DNA of 64,000 nucleotides from Epithemia pelagica (GCA_946965045.2 OX337242.1:62001-126000); one strand, 5' to 3'. Shown: positions 13,031 to 25,499, counted from the first letter of the stretch. A program made the numbers and translations. The notes: a model not told the origin generated them from the letters alone.

Positions 13031-13824
13031 GGTCTTTTTTGGTTTGGACGACACACACGGCTCCATCAAAGAGAAGAAGAAGCTCCCGATTTTTGCACTT
13101 TTTCTCTGCAAGATTTTTTTGGAACCACGGAACATTCCGACAGCTGGTGACGGTGACACTGTCAGGATTCAGGATGCATCATCGATGGACCTTGATGGAC
13201 GACGTACGGACGGTTCGAATGATGCATTCGGTCTCCTTTGATTCCACGTGGAGGTTTGTCGATGATGCATTCTTCCGCGGGCGGATGGAGTTTGCGCACT
13301 GCGCACGCTCTCACACACAGAATCTCAATTCCTCATCCAAGGGGCATAAGTTGCGTCGGATTGGGCCCAAGAAAAAAGTGGAGCGCACAGCGGAATTGTC
13401 GGGCATGAGTCCGTATTGTAGTCAACAAAAACAGGTCTATGTGCAACATGCAACATGCAACATGTACCATCAGGACGGCATACTTGGACATAGAGCGCCT
13501 GCCCGTGAAAAAGCTTCCGAGACTTTTTAAGTATCGAATTTTTGGCATTCTCCGTCCATCTCTTTGTATTGCCCCGTGGAATGGCATGCGTTTCCGAGGC
13601 CAAGCCGGAGACATTAGCTGCCACATTATGATTTTTCGCATCAAAGATCAAGAATCCAAGATACCACAGTTGCAGCTTCACCTTGTGTTCCTTCTTCCTT
13701 CTCTCCATCATCATCATCATTCATCATCCTAATATATTGATTGCAAGAGAGGAAGGGAGAGAGTGCTTCGCATCACTCAACAATTAAAAGAAAGAACGCC
13801 CAAGCAAGAGACAACAACAACAAG

Positions 13825-14879
13825 ATGATGCAAAAGGCTCCATGTTTGGTTCCTCTCGTCCTCCTAGTTTGTTGGCTCCTGACGATAAAGACGACTGGAG
13901 CGCGGACCTGGACCAATACAACGACAACGACATCAAGAAGAAGAAGAACTCAAGCCACACTATCACAGCCACAACAATCACCACAAGACCATCGTCGTAC
14001 CACGTTGCGAACTCCTCGAGAACGATGTGCCTGTCAACCGGCCGGATGGGAATTCACCTTTGATTTTTCTCATACGACTTGTACCGATACGAATATTGTC
14101 GGTGTCGCCCCACCGGGCGAAGGCCAATACGGCCACTACAAGCAACCGCCACCGCGGGGAAGTTTTCAACATGTCCTGTGCAAATCCAATCCAGCCTCAT
14201 CGTACGAATCGGTCGATTCCTTGGATGAAGAATTGGAACACATTGTCCAAATTGATATTCGCGAATACAAGGATGCGCAATTGAAACAAGTCTATGTGTT
14301 GGATCCGCCCTTGACTATTTTGGGACCACTCTACAATGGACAAGCCTTTCAATATCATTCCGTCGTCCTCGACATGCCATTGGAAGAATGCGATGTGGCC
14401 CTCTCCACCAGCAAGCCCAGTCATTGCGAATTGCCCTCGGCCTTGACCATTCATTTTACCGGTTTAACGCAAATGAACAATCGCAAAGATTTTGAAATTA
14501 CCTGGATCTTTGCTCATGAATGCTCGGTCTTGCCCATTGTCTATCCCGGAGACTTTATTGGACCACTCACCGTTGTACGTGTGTTTCGTAAGGAGTACCA
14601 CGCTCTCAAGGAGAGAGTGATGGTTTTCTCCTGGCCATTCGTCGAATCGAATGACTCTCTCACACCCACGTTCTGGTGTCTTTTTTTGGTTTGTGTGTGT
14701 GTGCGTATTTTTGTGGTGTATCTCTTGCCGTTCCGGGTGTGTTTGCTGTGCCTTGTGTGTGTGTCTTGGTGTGTATATCGTGCGGCTGGACGAGATAGAC
14801 GCGAGTCGAACAACCACCCAAAGAATTTTGCAGTGAGGTTCGTGGACCACCACCTTCTGGAGAAGAAGGGACAAATTGA
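13825..14879 (+). CDS. CACQP-domain family copy 7; exons 13825..14574 and 14799..14879
   Basis: Signal-like MMQKAPCLVPLVLLVCWLLTIKTTGA, CACQPAGWEFTFDFS. Donor GTACGT at 14575, TAG acceptor at 14798. Exon 2 reads TRVEQPPKEFCSEVRGPPPSGEEGTN*. Confidence 0.88.
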
Positions 14880-15553
14880 GAGAGAGAAAGAGAGAGATCT
14901 AGAGAGAGAGAGGGAGCCACTGTCCGAAACAACAAATGCACCTTGTGTACAAATCCGCTTGGGTTCGTTCTTGTTGCGCTTGTGGTGTGGTTGGAGATGC
15001 TTGTCCCAAAAGCGTCTCGGTGTTGCTGGTTCTTGGGGAAACGACAGCAACAACTCCTCCAATCCACTACACGACAGCACCGTGTGTTTCCGTGGAACCC
15101 CCTGTTATTATTATTATTTTAGACCCCTTTTGCTATTCTAGAGAGACCATCAGATTCTCGTGTTGGCAAACAACGTCCGAGCAACTCCTCCCGTATTAGT
15201 TCCTGAAAGAACAACATTCTGCAATTGGTGTGCCCGCCAAACAAGCATTGTATTTCTATAGAAATAACCTCCGAATGAGGCTCATTTCATTGTTTCGAGA
15301 CTTGACACAGAGCACTCTGTACGGTCGCTGTCAGACGAATTCTGTGCTGGTCCAGAACGGTGATCCTCTGCAAATCTCTCCTGCAGTGTATTTCCTAGAC
15401 AACGTTCCAGCCTCGAGCTTTGCGGATCTACCGCAAACTTCAAGTTTCGCTACTGCCCATGTTTCACACCAAATCCTCAACGAATGGCGGCCCGCACATC
15501 ACACTTAGTCATTCCAGTTCCATTCCCATAGAGAGCCTGTTCACTCCAGCGCC

Positions 15554-16508
15554 ATGTCTGCTGTTTCATCTGAGCCGTCGTTCAAGATTATTTCCTGGAA
15601 CGTCTTGGCGGATCGTTGTGTAAGGAACCATCCCTATGTCAAGTGTAGTCGAGGAGAGCGCCGTGAATTGCAGCGACAAATCTTAAGCGAATATGCCTCG
15701 GAGGGTGTGGACTTTATATGTCTGCAAGAAGTGGATAGTGATTTCATTGCCGAACAAGTCTTGAATGACGACTATGGCGTTTTGAAGACGATCTGGAGCT
15801 TGAGATCCTGCATTTTCTATAAACTTGACACTTGGGATTTGTTGCTTCCGGAAGAGGTGGTCGACTTGGTCGAGCTCTCCGCCGGAGGCTTCGAGGTCTT
15901 GAGTCGCAACAATGAAGGAGTTATGGCCCTGTTCGAGCAGATCGCAACCGGCCAACCACTGTTGGTGTGTACTACGCACTTGTACTGGAACCCAGAGTTT
16001 GAATTTGTGAAATTGTGTCAAGCACATTACCTCATGATTCGAATGTTTTCGTATTTGATGGACAATTGTCCGGATGATTGGAGTTACATACCAATTGTGT
16101 TTTGTGGAGACTTAAATTCCCAACCCGGTAGCCTCGTTCATGAGTGCTTGACCAAGCGTAGGTTCCTCCCACATTTCGAACAGAAGACGAACTCATGGAT
16201 GCCATTCAATGTAATTGGATTGACCCGGAGTGGGAGGTTGGACAATGGATGTTGAATGATCTTCGCTGCCCGCTTCGGTTCAAGTCAGCTTATGCCAACG
16301 AGACCAATGCATCCTTGGAATCCTATCCATTCACGAACGTGACACCTGAATTTCACGGCTTCTTGGATTATGTATTCTATCAGCCTTTCTTCATGGACAA
16401 AACGGCCGTGAACAGTACGGATCACCTTGTTTGCCTTGCCGTCATTGGCCGAGCGACCATCTCGTCGTCGGAGCACACTTTTCCTTCCGTGAGGACACTT
16501 GTACCTGA
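15554..16508 (+). pseudogene. CCR4/nocturnin/angel-like EEP phosphodiesterase, frameshifted copy
   Basis: EEP motifs SWNVLAD, CLQEVD, THLYW, GDLNS, LDYVF and WPSDHL are spread over three frames. Relative to the adjacent paralog there is a 1-nt loss near 16178 and an out-of-frame deletion near 16408. Confidence 0.8.
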
Positions 16509-16838
16509 TAGCATTCACTAACCGAAAGAAGACCGGATAGAGCAAATCATCATTTCTCATCAACTAGATTTGCAGCAATCTAAGAGAACGTTCATTGACT
16601 TTTTCAGGGAAAACATCTCAGTCGATTAGGTAAACATTCAATCGATGTCACTGAAGCATCCTTTCGCTACTAAAGACAAAGGAATCTTGGGATGTTGACC
16701 AGCGACCCCTTTAGCCGCGTCAGGACAAGTGGCCGCTCGCAAGTTTCACACCAAAACCTCAGCAGGTACTTCTTCTCCACATTACGGGTCATTACATCCT
16801 GTTTCTTGGACAAAAGATCTCTTGACTCAAACACCAGC

Positions 16839-17792
16839 ATGTCTGCTGTTTCATCCAAACCGTCGTTCAAGATCATTTCCTGGAACGTCTTGGCGGATCG
16901 TTGTCTAGGGAACTATCCCTATGTATCGTATGGGCCTGGAGAGCGGCGCGAACTGCAGCGAAAAATCTTGAATGAGTATGCGGCGGACGGGGTGGACTTT
17001 ATTTGTCTTCAAGAAGTGGATACTGGATTCATTGCCGAACAAGTCTTGTGCGGCACATACAAGGTTTTGAATACGCACCGGGGATTGGCCTCCTGCATCT
17101 TTTACAAGGTTGATACATGGAGAGTCGTGGGTCCCAAAAAAGTGGTTGCCTTCAACGATCTTGCTAAAGGAACCAATTACTCCCACGCCTTTGATCGCAA
17201 CAACTATGGTGTTTTTGCTTTGTTTCAACGCAAGAAAACGGGTGAACGACTTGTGGTCTGTAACACACACTTGTACTGGGATCCGAACTATGAGTACGTC
17301 AAATTGTGCCGGGCACATTATCTCATGAGAAAGCTGTGGTGCTTTGTGGACGGCAAAGTGGGTGAAGAGGTTCCAGTTGTCTTTTGCGGGGACTTGAATT
17401 CCATGCCCGGTAGCCTGGTTCATAAGTATTTGGTCCACGGAAAAGTTCCTCCCACTTTTTGTATAGAACGCGAACTGGTGCAGGCCATGGGTTGCAAGCG
17501 GATCGATGCCAAATCCAAAGTGAAGAAATGGCTGTTGCAGAAACGTCTCTGTCCTTTTCCCTTCTGCTCCGTCTACCCGGACTCCTATCCATTCACGAAC
17601 GTGACACCTGAGTTTCGTGGCTTGCTGGACTATGTCTTCTTTGATCCTGCCAAGCTTTAGAATACGGGTGTTTATCCTCTTCCGAAATCATTAAACGCCT
17701 TACGCAAGCAGCATGGATCAAAATATTTGCCCTGCCGTCAGTGGCCGAGTGACCATCTCGTCGTTGGTGCTCACTTTTCTTTTGTCGAGTGA
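16839..17792 (+). CDS. CCR4/nocturnin/angel-like EEP phosphodiesterase with an in-frame TAG at 17658..17660
   Basis: Same motif set as the upstream copy. After the TAG the frame stays open for 43 codons (NTGVYPLPKSLNALRKQHGSKYLPCRQWPSDHLVVGAHFSFVE*) and contains the catalytic SDH. Confidence 0.85.
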
Positions 17793-18062
17793 TCCTTCTA
17801 GCAGTTTGTAGTGTAAGTTCTCAAAAACGTAGCAGCTTGTGTATGTAACGATCCCAGTGTTTTGAGATCCCTGCGATCGGCCCGCCATTTCAAGAATCAT
17901 GAAGGTACTTCCGAAATCGCTGTCAACCCCGTAGTCCAGGTGCCCAACAAAACGCACTAAAGTACGGTCGTTGAGCCCCTTTTGTAGTAGTGAGAGATGG
18001 CGGTACAGTTGCGTTAGTCTCTCGTCATGGTTGGTCGGATCACTGCAGGTTCTTGGAGCGGT

Positions 18063-18220
18063 CTCTTGTTGGAGATACTCTTGTCCCAGAGTTGAATTTG
18101 CAAACGGCTCGGCATTCAGCAGGTACGAGGCCGACACTCTGGCAAAATGAATTCCAGTGTCGGCAAATCCGTTTGGCTCGTGGACGTCGAGGCAACGGTC
18201 AAGCCATGTTCGACTTGTTT
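18063..18220 (-). pseudogene. Internal fragment of a CACQP-family gene most similar to copy 13
   Basis: KQVEHGLTVASTSTSQTDLPTLEFILPECRPRTC*MPSRLQIQLWDKS aligns with EQVEQGLAVASASDATSQSELPTPESILQDCRPRTCWMPSRLQIQLFGKS at ~31025-31170. The Trp codon is TGA at 18116..18118. Confidence 0.85.
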
Positions 18221-18365
18221 CGAGGTCGGAAAAAAGACGACAATGGTATGGTGGACATCGTCTCCAGAAAAAAAAGGCACATCGGTGGCCGGATGTTGTG
18301 TGGTTTCTTGCGCACGAGGGCCCAGATCCAACGGCAAGGGCAGACAGTTGTCTTTCAACGTTGGT

Positions 18366-19944
18366 TCATGGGGTATTATTCCTGGAGGAATCTTGGTGCC
18401 GTGTTTGGGAGGACGACGACGAGAAACGAATGCGCAAGGGCTTGTGGTTGTCGTTGTCACGTGATGGAATGGCAGCAGATGCAATAGTACCATCCGTGGA
18501 GGTTTTGGCATCCATGGTGGTGGTAGTGCCATCTTCCAACTCACTCGCCCGAGTGGTGGTCTTGGACTGTGGATTCTGGGTGTCACTGCTTGTGCCCACG
18601 GCCTTGTGGTGGTTGTTCTTGGTACTGCTACTACTACTGCTACGACTGGACAGGTCTTGGACCGTGGGACTGTTGGGAGTTCTGGCATCGGATGTTGTTG
18701 TTTTCTTCTTCTTCTTGTCGGAATCGTGTCGATAGGGTTCCACAACGAGCGGACACAAGGATCGCGGAGGATCGCCAATGCGTGTCTGTGTTTTGAGCAC
18801 CATCCAGAGTGGATGATTGGATCGGAGCAAATCAAAGAACATCGTGTGAGAGGAATTGCTCTAGAACGGCGTCTACTTCCTAGAACATGCGCATCGAACA
18901 CAAACCGTATACAGACAACAAGTATAATATACGTACCACTGTGACGGGTCCAATGTAATCTCCGGGAAAGACAACGGGAAAGGTTTTGCAATCATTGGTA
19001 AATTCCAGCGTGAATTCAAAATCCAACAAGTTTTGACTGGCATCTCGTCCAAACAAGTGGACCGTCAAGGACGTGGGAATGGTACTTTTGCGAAGCAATT
19101 GTTGCATGGAATCGGCCTTGTTGTCATTCTTATTGTTGGTACTGGACGGCGTGTTGGTCATGGTCCGTGTCATGGTGGACACGACGGATGTGTAGGCAAA
19201 GGCTTGGCCATTGCCAAAGGGCCCCTCCAATTCTTCTTGGGGGGTCAAATGTTTGGTTCCGGGCGGCGACGCATATTGATATTCATGATTGAGCCAATCG
19301 TGTTGGGCATTGTATTCTTGAATTTGAACAAATTCAATCATATTCCAATGCAAGGCGTCGACGGTATGGGAGGTGAGGGGCGATCGACTGGCATGACTGG
19401 TGGGGGGAATGGAGACACAGGTGACCGAGGCCAAGCCCGTCCGAACACTGGGATTGAGATTGGTATCGGTACAATCGCCTTTCCGACTAAAATCAAAGGT
19501 AAATTCCCATTTGCCGGGTTGACAGGCACACAAGTTTTGGGGCGTCGTGGTCGTCTTTTTGGTTTTTGTTTGCTTATTGTCGTTGCTAGTCGTTGGATTG
19601 GTGGTGGTGTCGGACGAAGATGTTTGTCGATGCGATTGAACAACTGTGGAGGAGTGGTTGGTCCATTTACGCGGTTGGTCGTTGCTTCGTTTTCGAACGC
19701 GAACCATGGTGCGATTGGCAGCATCCAAAGGAGTGGACCACCACCATGCTGCTGCTGATGTGGAGCTCTTTGGGAGAGTGTTATTCGTCGTATCGACAAG
19801 GTTTTGGAACGGTTGTCGTGTTCGTGTGGTGTTGGTTGCAGCAGCCATCACCGCACCAGAAAAGGAGGAACAGTACCAGACGGTCCACCACCAGCACACG
19901 AGGCAGCAAAGACAACGGCGGCGCCACAGAAAAGACATCATCAT
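18366..19944 (-). CDS. CACQP-domain family copy 8 with long Ser/Thr/Lys tail; exons 19944..18937 and 18785..18366
   Basis: Signal-like MMMSFLWRRRCLCCLVCWWWTVWYC..., CACQPGKWEFTFDFSR. Donor GTACGT at 18936, CAG acceptor at 18786. Exon 2 starts TRIGDPPRSLCPL and runs 139 aa. Confidence 0.87.
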
Positions 19945-22069
19945 GATGGAACGGTCTTTCGCAAATCCAACCAGAACTGGAATAACGGCTAGAACCGACG
20001 TGGTTGGTGCAAGTTTTTGCTTCCTTGCTTGTTTGCTTTTGCCGGTGTTGGTATTAGAGTCTTTTGTGTTTTGTTCTGTCACAGCCTCAATCGCAACAGC
20101 ATCGATTCTCTACTACTGTTCCCCGTCTTGTATGGATTGTTCTCCTACAGACTCGTTTGTTGGATCGCGTAGCTTCTCGGGCAACCAGCAATATACCTAC
20201 TCACAAGGTGGTTGGTTGGTTGGCTCTCCACAAAAGAGAATCTCTCCTCCTCCGTGGCCATGGCCAGAGGTTCTGTTGACATCTGTCGATTCAGAACGCT
20301 TTTTTGTCGTGGGGTGGCATGCCAATTTTCTGCGGTCCAATAAAAACGCGACCGCTTTTTCAGAACCACATACCCGGATGTGACGTACTTCGAGGTAGTC
20401 TCGGGAAGTGGCAATACTGGTTGAAATTGCGCCGATAGTTTGTAGGTTTGCTCGGATCAGATTTGGATCCTGCGACAAAATTTTTTGGATCCCCCTTTTT
20501 GTTTTACGTTCGTTCGTTTTGCGACTTTCAGAAAGACAGGGAGTGGTGCCCAGGTAGCAGCGGTGCTACGAGTTCTTCTGGGAACAACGTGGCGGTCTGG
20601 CATTCGGAGTACCAAGCAGGAACGGAAAAAATCCAAATCGGTCCGATCCAACATAACGGAAAAAATAGGTCATTCATGAAATGGAAACCTATCGCTCCAT
20701 TTCGCGAAATCTCCGATTGAATAATAGTATCCTTTACCCTATGCATGATACTACCTAGGACGAGTAATCCGAAATAGTAGGCCGCTCGGGGGCGCCACAT
20801 GGCAATGGTAGAGTCGTCCCCGGAGAAGCGAACAGAGCGACTTGTGGGAACTCCTTCCGTGCTGGTAACACACTGGAAAAACTGTTGCACGGACACGGTG
20901 AGCTGTCGGTTGTGCTTCCTCTTCAAAAAGGAAACCCTCTCCACAACAACAACAATGACGACGTTGACAGGTATGGACAGTGACTTCTTCTAGAGTCCTG
21001 TGTGCGCCATGTTAGTCTACCAAGGGGCACAACCACTACCGTCGTTTGGAGTGTAACGTGTTTGCCGATTTTTGGTCGCGACGCACTCTATCGATACCAA
21101 TCACCGCCATCTCTCTCCATTCCACGCGACAACTAGAGGCACAGCGTGGCGTTCCAAAACGACCCATCGCGGTAACTACATACTATAGTCTTACACACAC
21201 GTGGCACCACCCTACTATATACTGCAATCTCCAAGTACTACTAGAGGGGAGCTGGCGGACACTATTACTGTGGCCGACCGTCTTGGATTCGCGGGTTCGA
21301 CCACAGTCTGCCTTTGTGATGGGTATCAATGGCCTCTCGCTGGCTGGCTGGCTGGCTGGCTGGCTAGGAGCCAGAGAGAAGTTGGAGCAACATGGTTTCT
21401 CTGGCAACCACCACCACCACGGTTGTTTGTGCGTCCGTCCTGGAGCGAGTGCGAGTATGTGGAGTCAAGTGCAAGTTTGTTGAACCACATGTGTGTGTTA
21501 GAGTGTGTGTACTTTGGTTCCATGGTGGTTGCCATGTAGAACCAAACTGGTTGGGTGATATAGGAGTGGAGGGACCGATCCACTCGGCAGTCCAAGGGTG
21601 TGTGTCGGTACATATGTATGTGTGTGTGCAAGGTTGTCGTACGTGAAATGGTCGGGACCGGATCGATCCAGTCGTCGTGGTTGTATAGCAAAAGGAATGG
21701 TATCGTCGTTGTCATGGGATGAGAGTGATACATGGGATGAGAGTGATACAAAATACACGAAGAGTCGGGGCTGTGCAAACTGTGTTGTGGGTGATGATGG
21801 ATGGTGAAGGTGTTCTTGTGTGAATGGGAGCAACGGTCCGTTGTCGGGGAACGCGACAACCACGTGTGTGGCACGAACCAAAACACAACAACAACAACAA
21901 CAACACAAAGAACGGGGGCCGTCCAGGCAGCGCCGCCTCATTTGTCTCGTCGGTGTCGGTGTTGTTGGTGTCTGACAAGCAGCCGACCATTGTCCAATGC
22001 CAGACCGGTTCTACTACTACTAGAGAGTAGTAGTTGTGCTCGGCTTCTTGTATACCTTCTTCTCTAATA

Positions 22070-22842
22070 CTACTTGCCCACACGGGGACAAAAGCCTCGG
22101 GGTGGACTCTGGACATTAGTCTGGAACAATTCCGGGAGGAGGAGAAGTAATATTCCAGAGAAATACACACACAAGAGAGAAAGAGAGCGAGAGAGAGAGT
22201 GTATGTGTGATATTGATATAGATTGCAGACCCAACCACACGTGTCAGAAACACACAAAGAGTATCGAATAATCCCTGCATGTCTAGATAGATGCAATAGG
22301 ATACGTACCACCGTAACGGGTCCAATGTAATCGCCACTCGACACAATGGGGGAAAACATGCAATTGGTATTGGAAAAGGCCCAGTAAATTTCATATTCTT
22401 GATCGGCGCCTTCATAGGTTTTGCCAAACAAGTGAATGTTGAGCGTGGCGGGCATGAGACAGGTATCGGGCGTACAAGACCAGGCCACTTTGGGATTGAG
22501 GGGCATCATTAAACTGGTATAGGAAAAGGCATGGCCATTGAACAGCGGACCATCAAAGGTCCAGGGATTCATTAACCATTCGTATTCGGAATCGAATTCT
22601 TGGATTTGAATCAAACTCACCATGTGCAATTGCGACGTCGGTGACGGTGGTGTCGCCGTACAGCCCATGGCCTTGAGACCACCGGATTTTTGCAAAAAAG
22701 TGTCGCTGCAATCGAGACGGGCAAAATCCAAGGTAAATTCCCAGGCACCCGGTTGACAGGCACACAACATGGGTTCCGGTGGGGGAGCCGGAACCGGCGC
22801 TTGTGTGTGCTGGATGGGAGGAGTAAAGGGATCGACTTGCAT
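22070..22842 (-). CDS. CACQP-domain family copy 9, no evident signal peptide; exons 22842..22309 and 22120..22070
   Basis: MQVDPFTPPIQHTQAPVPAPPPEPMLCACQPGAWEFTLDF, with an in-frame TAG at 22867..22869 upstream. Donor GTACGT at 22308. Exon 2 reads TNVQSPPRGFCPRVGK*. Confidence 0.85.
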
Positions 22843-23371
22843 GATTGGTGTGGTTTGATTTGGTTTCTAGGGTCGTTTTGTGTTATGGCGGTTTGTTCGT
22901 TCGGCAAAGCAACAAGTGATTCTGGATAGCACTTTTGTCGTCGTCGTCGTCGTCGTCCTGGTTTCACACCATGAACATATTGACTGCGCAAAACCCTGTT
23001 GGAACTCAAAACACAATCACCGAGAGGAATGGAGATCTCCAGCGGGAAGGAGGAGAGAGAGGAGAAGGGGAGATGTTGTTTGCCGAGAGCCGATCGGTTG
23101 GCGAAACGAAGGCTCTCGTAGAGAGTGGGGGCAAAGAAGGCAGCAACCGCAGCCGCAGCAGCAATTGCGCAATCTCTTCGATTCGCGGTTTCTGTGGTTC
23201 ACGATTTGCACTCTTCTTCCTTTCAACCGGCCAGGAAGAAAGCAGCAGCAGCAAAGACACGGCACGCCATGGTGATTCGTCGTGCCGCTCGTTGGCCAAT
23301 TGTTGGCACCCATTTCAACTGCAAGTGCATCCTTCGACGCAGCTGTCGTGTCGCGCTGCGATTGGTGCATC

Positions 23372-23421
23372 GAGTCGCGGTCCGCTCTCCGACTGCAACA
23401 CGTGACATGACGTGTCCTCCC
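23372..23421. promoter_or_regulatory. Conserved upstream block with CACGTG and TGACGT motifs (identical copy at 26013..26062)
   Basis: GAGTCGCGGTCCGCTCTCCGACTGCAACACGTGACATGACGTGTCCTCCC is identical upstream of copies 10 and 11, while the flanks carry many indels. Confidence 0.45.
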
Positions 23422-23568
23422 TTCCAACATCTGTCCGAAAGCGTCTGGCACCGTCCGTTCGTACAGCCAAACACCAAACATACAGAAAACATCCCAAATC
23501 TCTTGTTGTGTCGGTCCAAAATAGATTGCAGAACAACAACACCACCACACAGACCACAGCCAAGCACC

Positions 23569-24740
23569 ATGGCGATCATGCACTATCCAATCGTTCTTGT
23601 ACTCTTGGTACTGGTACTGGCACTGGTACTTGTTTTGGATTTGGTGTCGGCCGATCCAGGCCACGAAAATCACCACCACCACCATGATGGTGACAACAAG
23701 GATGGCAACTCCATGTGTGCCTGTCAACCCTCCACGTGGACCTTGGCCTTGAACATGACCCGTCCGGCCGATTGTCAACATGGCAATTTGCCGACGAATG
23801 GCCAAGTGTTGGTCGGCATTGTCCGCATGTCCTGTGAGTATCAAGCCTTTTCCGAGGACGGCACGCAAGACGTTCCCGCCCAACATATCATGGAACAAGT
23901 CGACTTTGTCCAAATTCACGAATACAATCGCCACGGCACATTGTTGAATGACGACCAAAAACCCCAAAAAGTCTTTGTCGGACCCTACCAACAAGAACAA
24001 GACATTCTACCCAAATTGTCCTACACCTCGGTTGTCCTTCGTATGAGCAAACAACATGACCAATGGATGAACACGCAACAACAACAACAACAACCACCAA
24101 CCGAACAAACCGATCGTACTACCAACAGCGACACGGAGAGTGACAAACAACCAAACGAAAAAGAGCAAGAAAACGAAGAAGACGGAGTCAAGAGTAGCAA
24201 TGGGTTGCGCACGAAACGAAAACAGCCCTCCGGTCCTTGTCATGGTGCCCACGACAAGCCGGATCAAGCCATGCCCATGACGACGTGTTTGCCCACCCAA
24301 TGGAAGGTGGATATTTACGGCAAAAATTACAAACATCAACCCTTGATCATGGAATGGACCATTTTCTTTACCAATGAGTGTCAGGATTATCCGCTGGGAT
24401 TACAACCAGTGACGGAACCGGCCGCCACGCAGTATTATTATTTGGGACCCCTCACCTTGGTAAGTAATACGTAGGACGAGACCGTGTCCATGTGTCACCA
24501 CAGACACTGACGACAACAACAACAACAACAACAACAAAGACTGTGGCGTTGTTGTTGTTATTGTTGTTGGTGGTGGTCAAAACAAACGAGCCATTGATGC
24601 ATCCATCATAACTTTCTCTCTCTCTCTCTCAACCATTGTGTCTGGTTTCGTCACGTCATGTTGTTTTGTTTTGTGTTTAGACCGCCATGGGTCCTCCCAT
24701 GTCCAACTTTTGTCCATTGGCCAAGGATGATTCGCATTAA
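23569..24740 (+). CDS. CACQP-domain family copy 10 (His-rich N-terminus); exons 23569..24459 and 24681..24740
   Basis: Signal MAIMHYPIVLVLLVLVLALVLVLDLVSA, then DPGHENHHHHHDG and CACQPSTWTLALN. Donor GTAAGT at 24460, TAG acceptor at 24680. Exon 2 reads TAMGPPMSNFCPLAKDDSH*. Confidence 0.9.
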
Positions 24741-25220
24741 TAGTCGTGACAAACAACTGTGCATCTCGTGAATGGCAGTGTCGAGAATCTACTGGAAACG
24801 AAGAAGAAGAAGAGGAACCAGACAACCGTGACAGAACAAACAACACTCCTGCCCTCTCAAGCATCATCCACAACCCCCCGAAGAAATAAAAGAATTCGTA
24901 CAACACCGACATTGGCACACATTACGTTTTTAGAGCAGGAGTCGTAGCCCAAACAAGAGCCACGGATTGAAGAAGAAGAAGAGCAACTACACACCATCCA
25001 TGGTATCTATGTGGAAACTCAACCTAGAGTAGTAGTGCACACACTATATTGAGGGAAGCAGTTGTGGGAGGAACGAGGAAACAACTCCATCCAACAAAGT
25101 ACGTATCAACAGACACTCGTTGAGAGACGAGGAACCACACACACACACACACACACACACTGGGAGGACAAGACAACACACAGCGGGCCAATCTTCCACC
25201 GAGTCCCCCCACAGTGTGTG

Positions 25221-25251
<31 letters not shown>

Positions 25252-25499
25252 GTGGTTGTTGTTTGTTGTTGTGGACGCACGCACGCACGCTCGTCCATCG
25301 CCGCCAGAACCCAATCCTAATGAGAATTGGACCATCCGCACACGAACCAAAAAGACCATGAGTCTTTGGGACTGTTCCTGGTCAAGACAACAGTGGAGTA
25401 GTAGTAGTTGTTGTTGTTGTTGTCGTTGTCGTCTCTTTGGACGGGTATCATGACTAGGTGAAAACAATTCATCCATCTCATCGTCTACTCTATATACGA

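Noticed and set aside
14575-15141. Long C-terminal extensions of family ORFs in the track (e.g. to 15141, 21712, 11816)
   Set aside because: They are read-through into the conserved intron. The true terminal exons with the sixth Cys were found in other frames.
17633-17660. Micro-intron removing the EEP TAG
   Set aside because: The only nearby GT gives a ~27-nt intron and would delete part of the conserved DYVF motif.
17718-18137. 139-aa minus-strand ORF
   Set aside because: It overlaps the family pseudogene fragment in another frame and the EEP 3' end, with no recognisable motif.
11984-24000. Antisense ORFs over family genes (11984..12775, 19033..19758, 23017..24000 and similar)
   Set aside because: They coincide with CACQP genes on the other strand, and codon bias explains the lack of stops.
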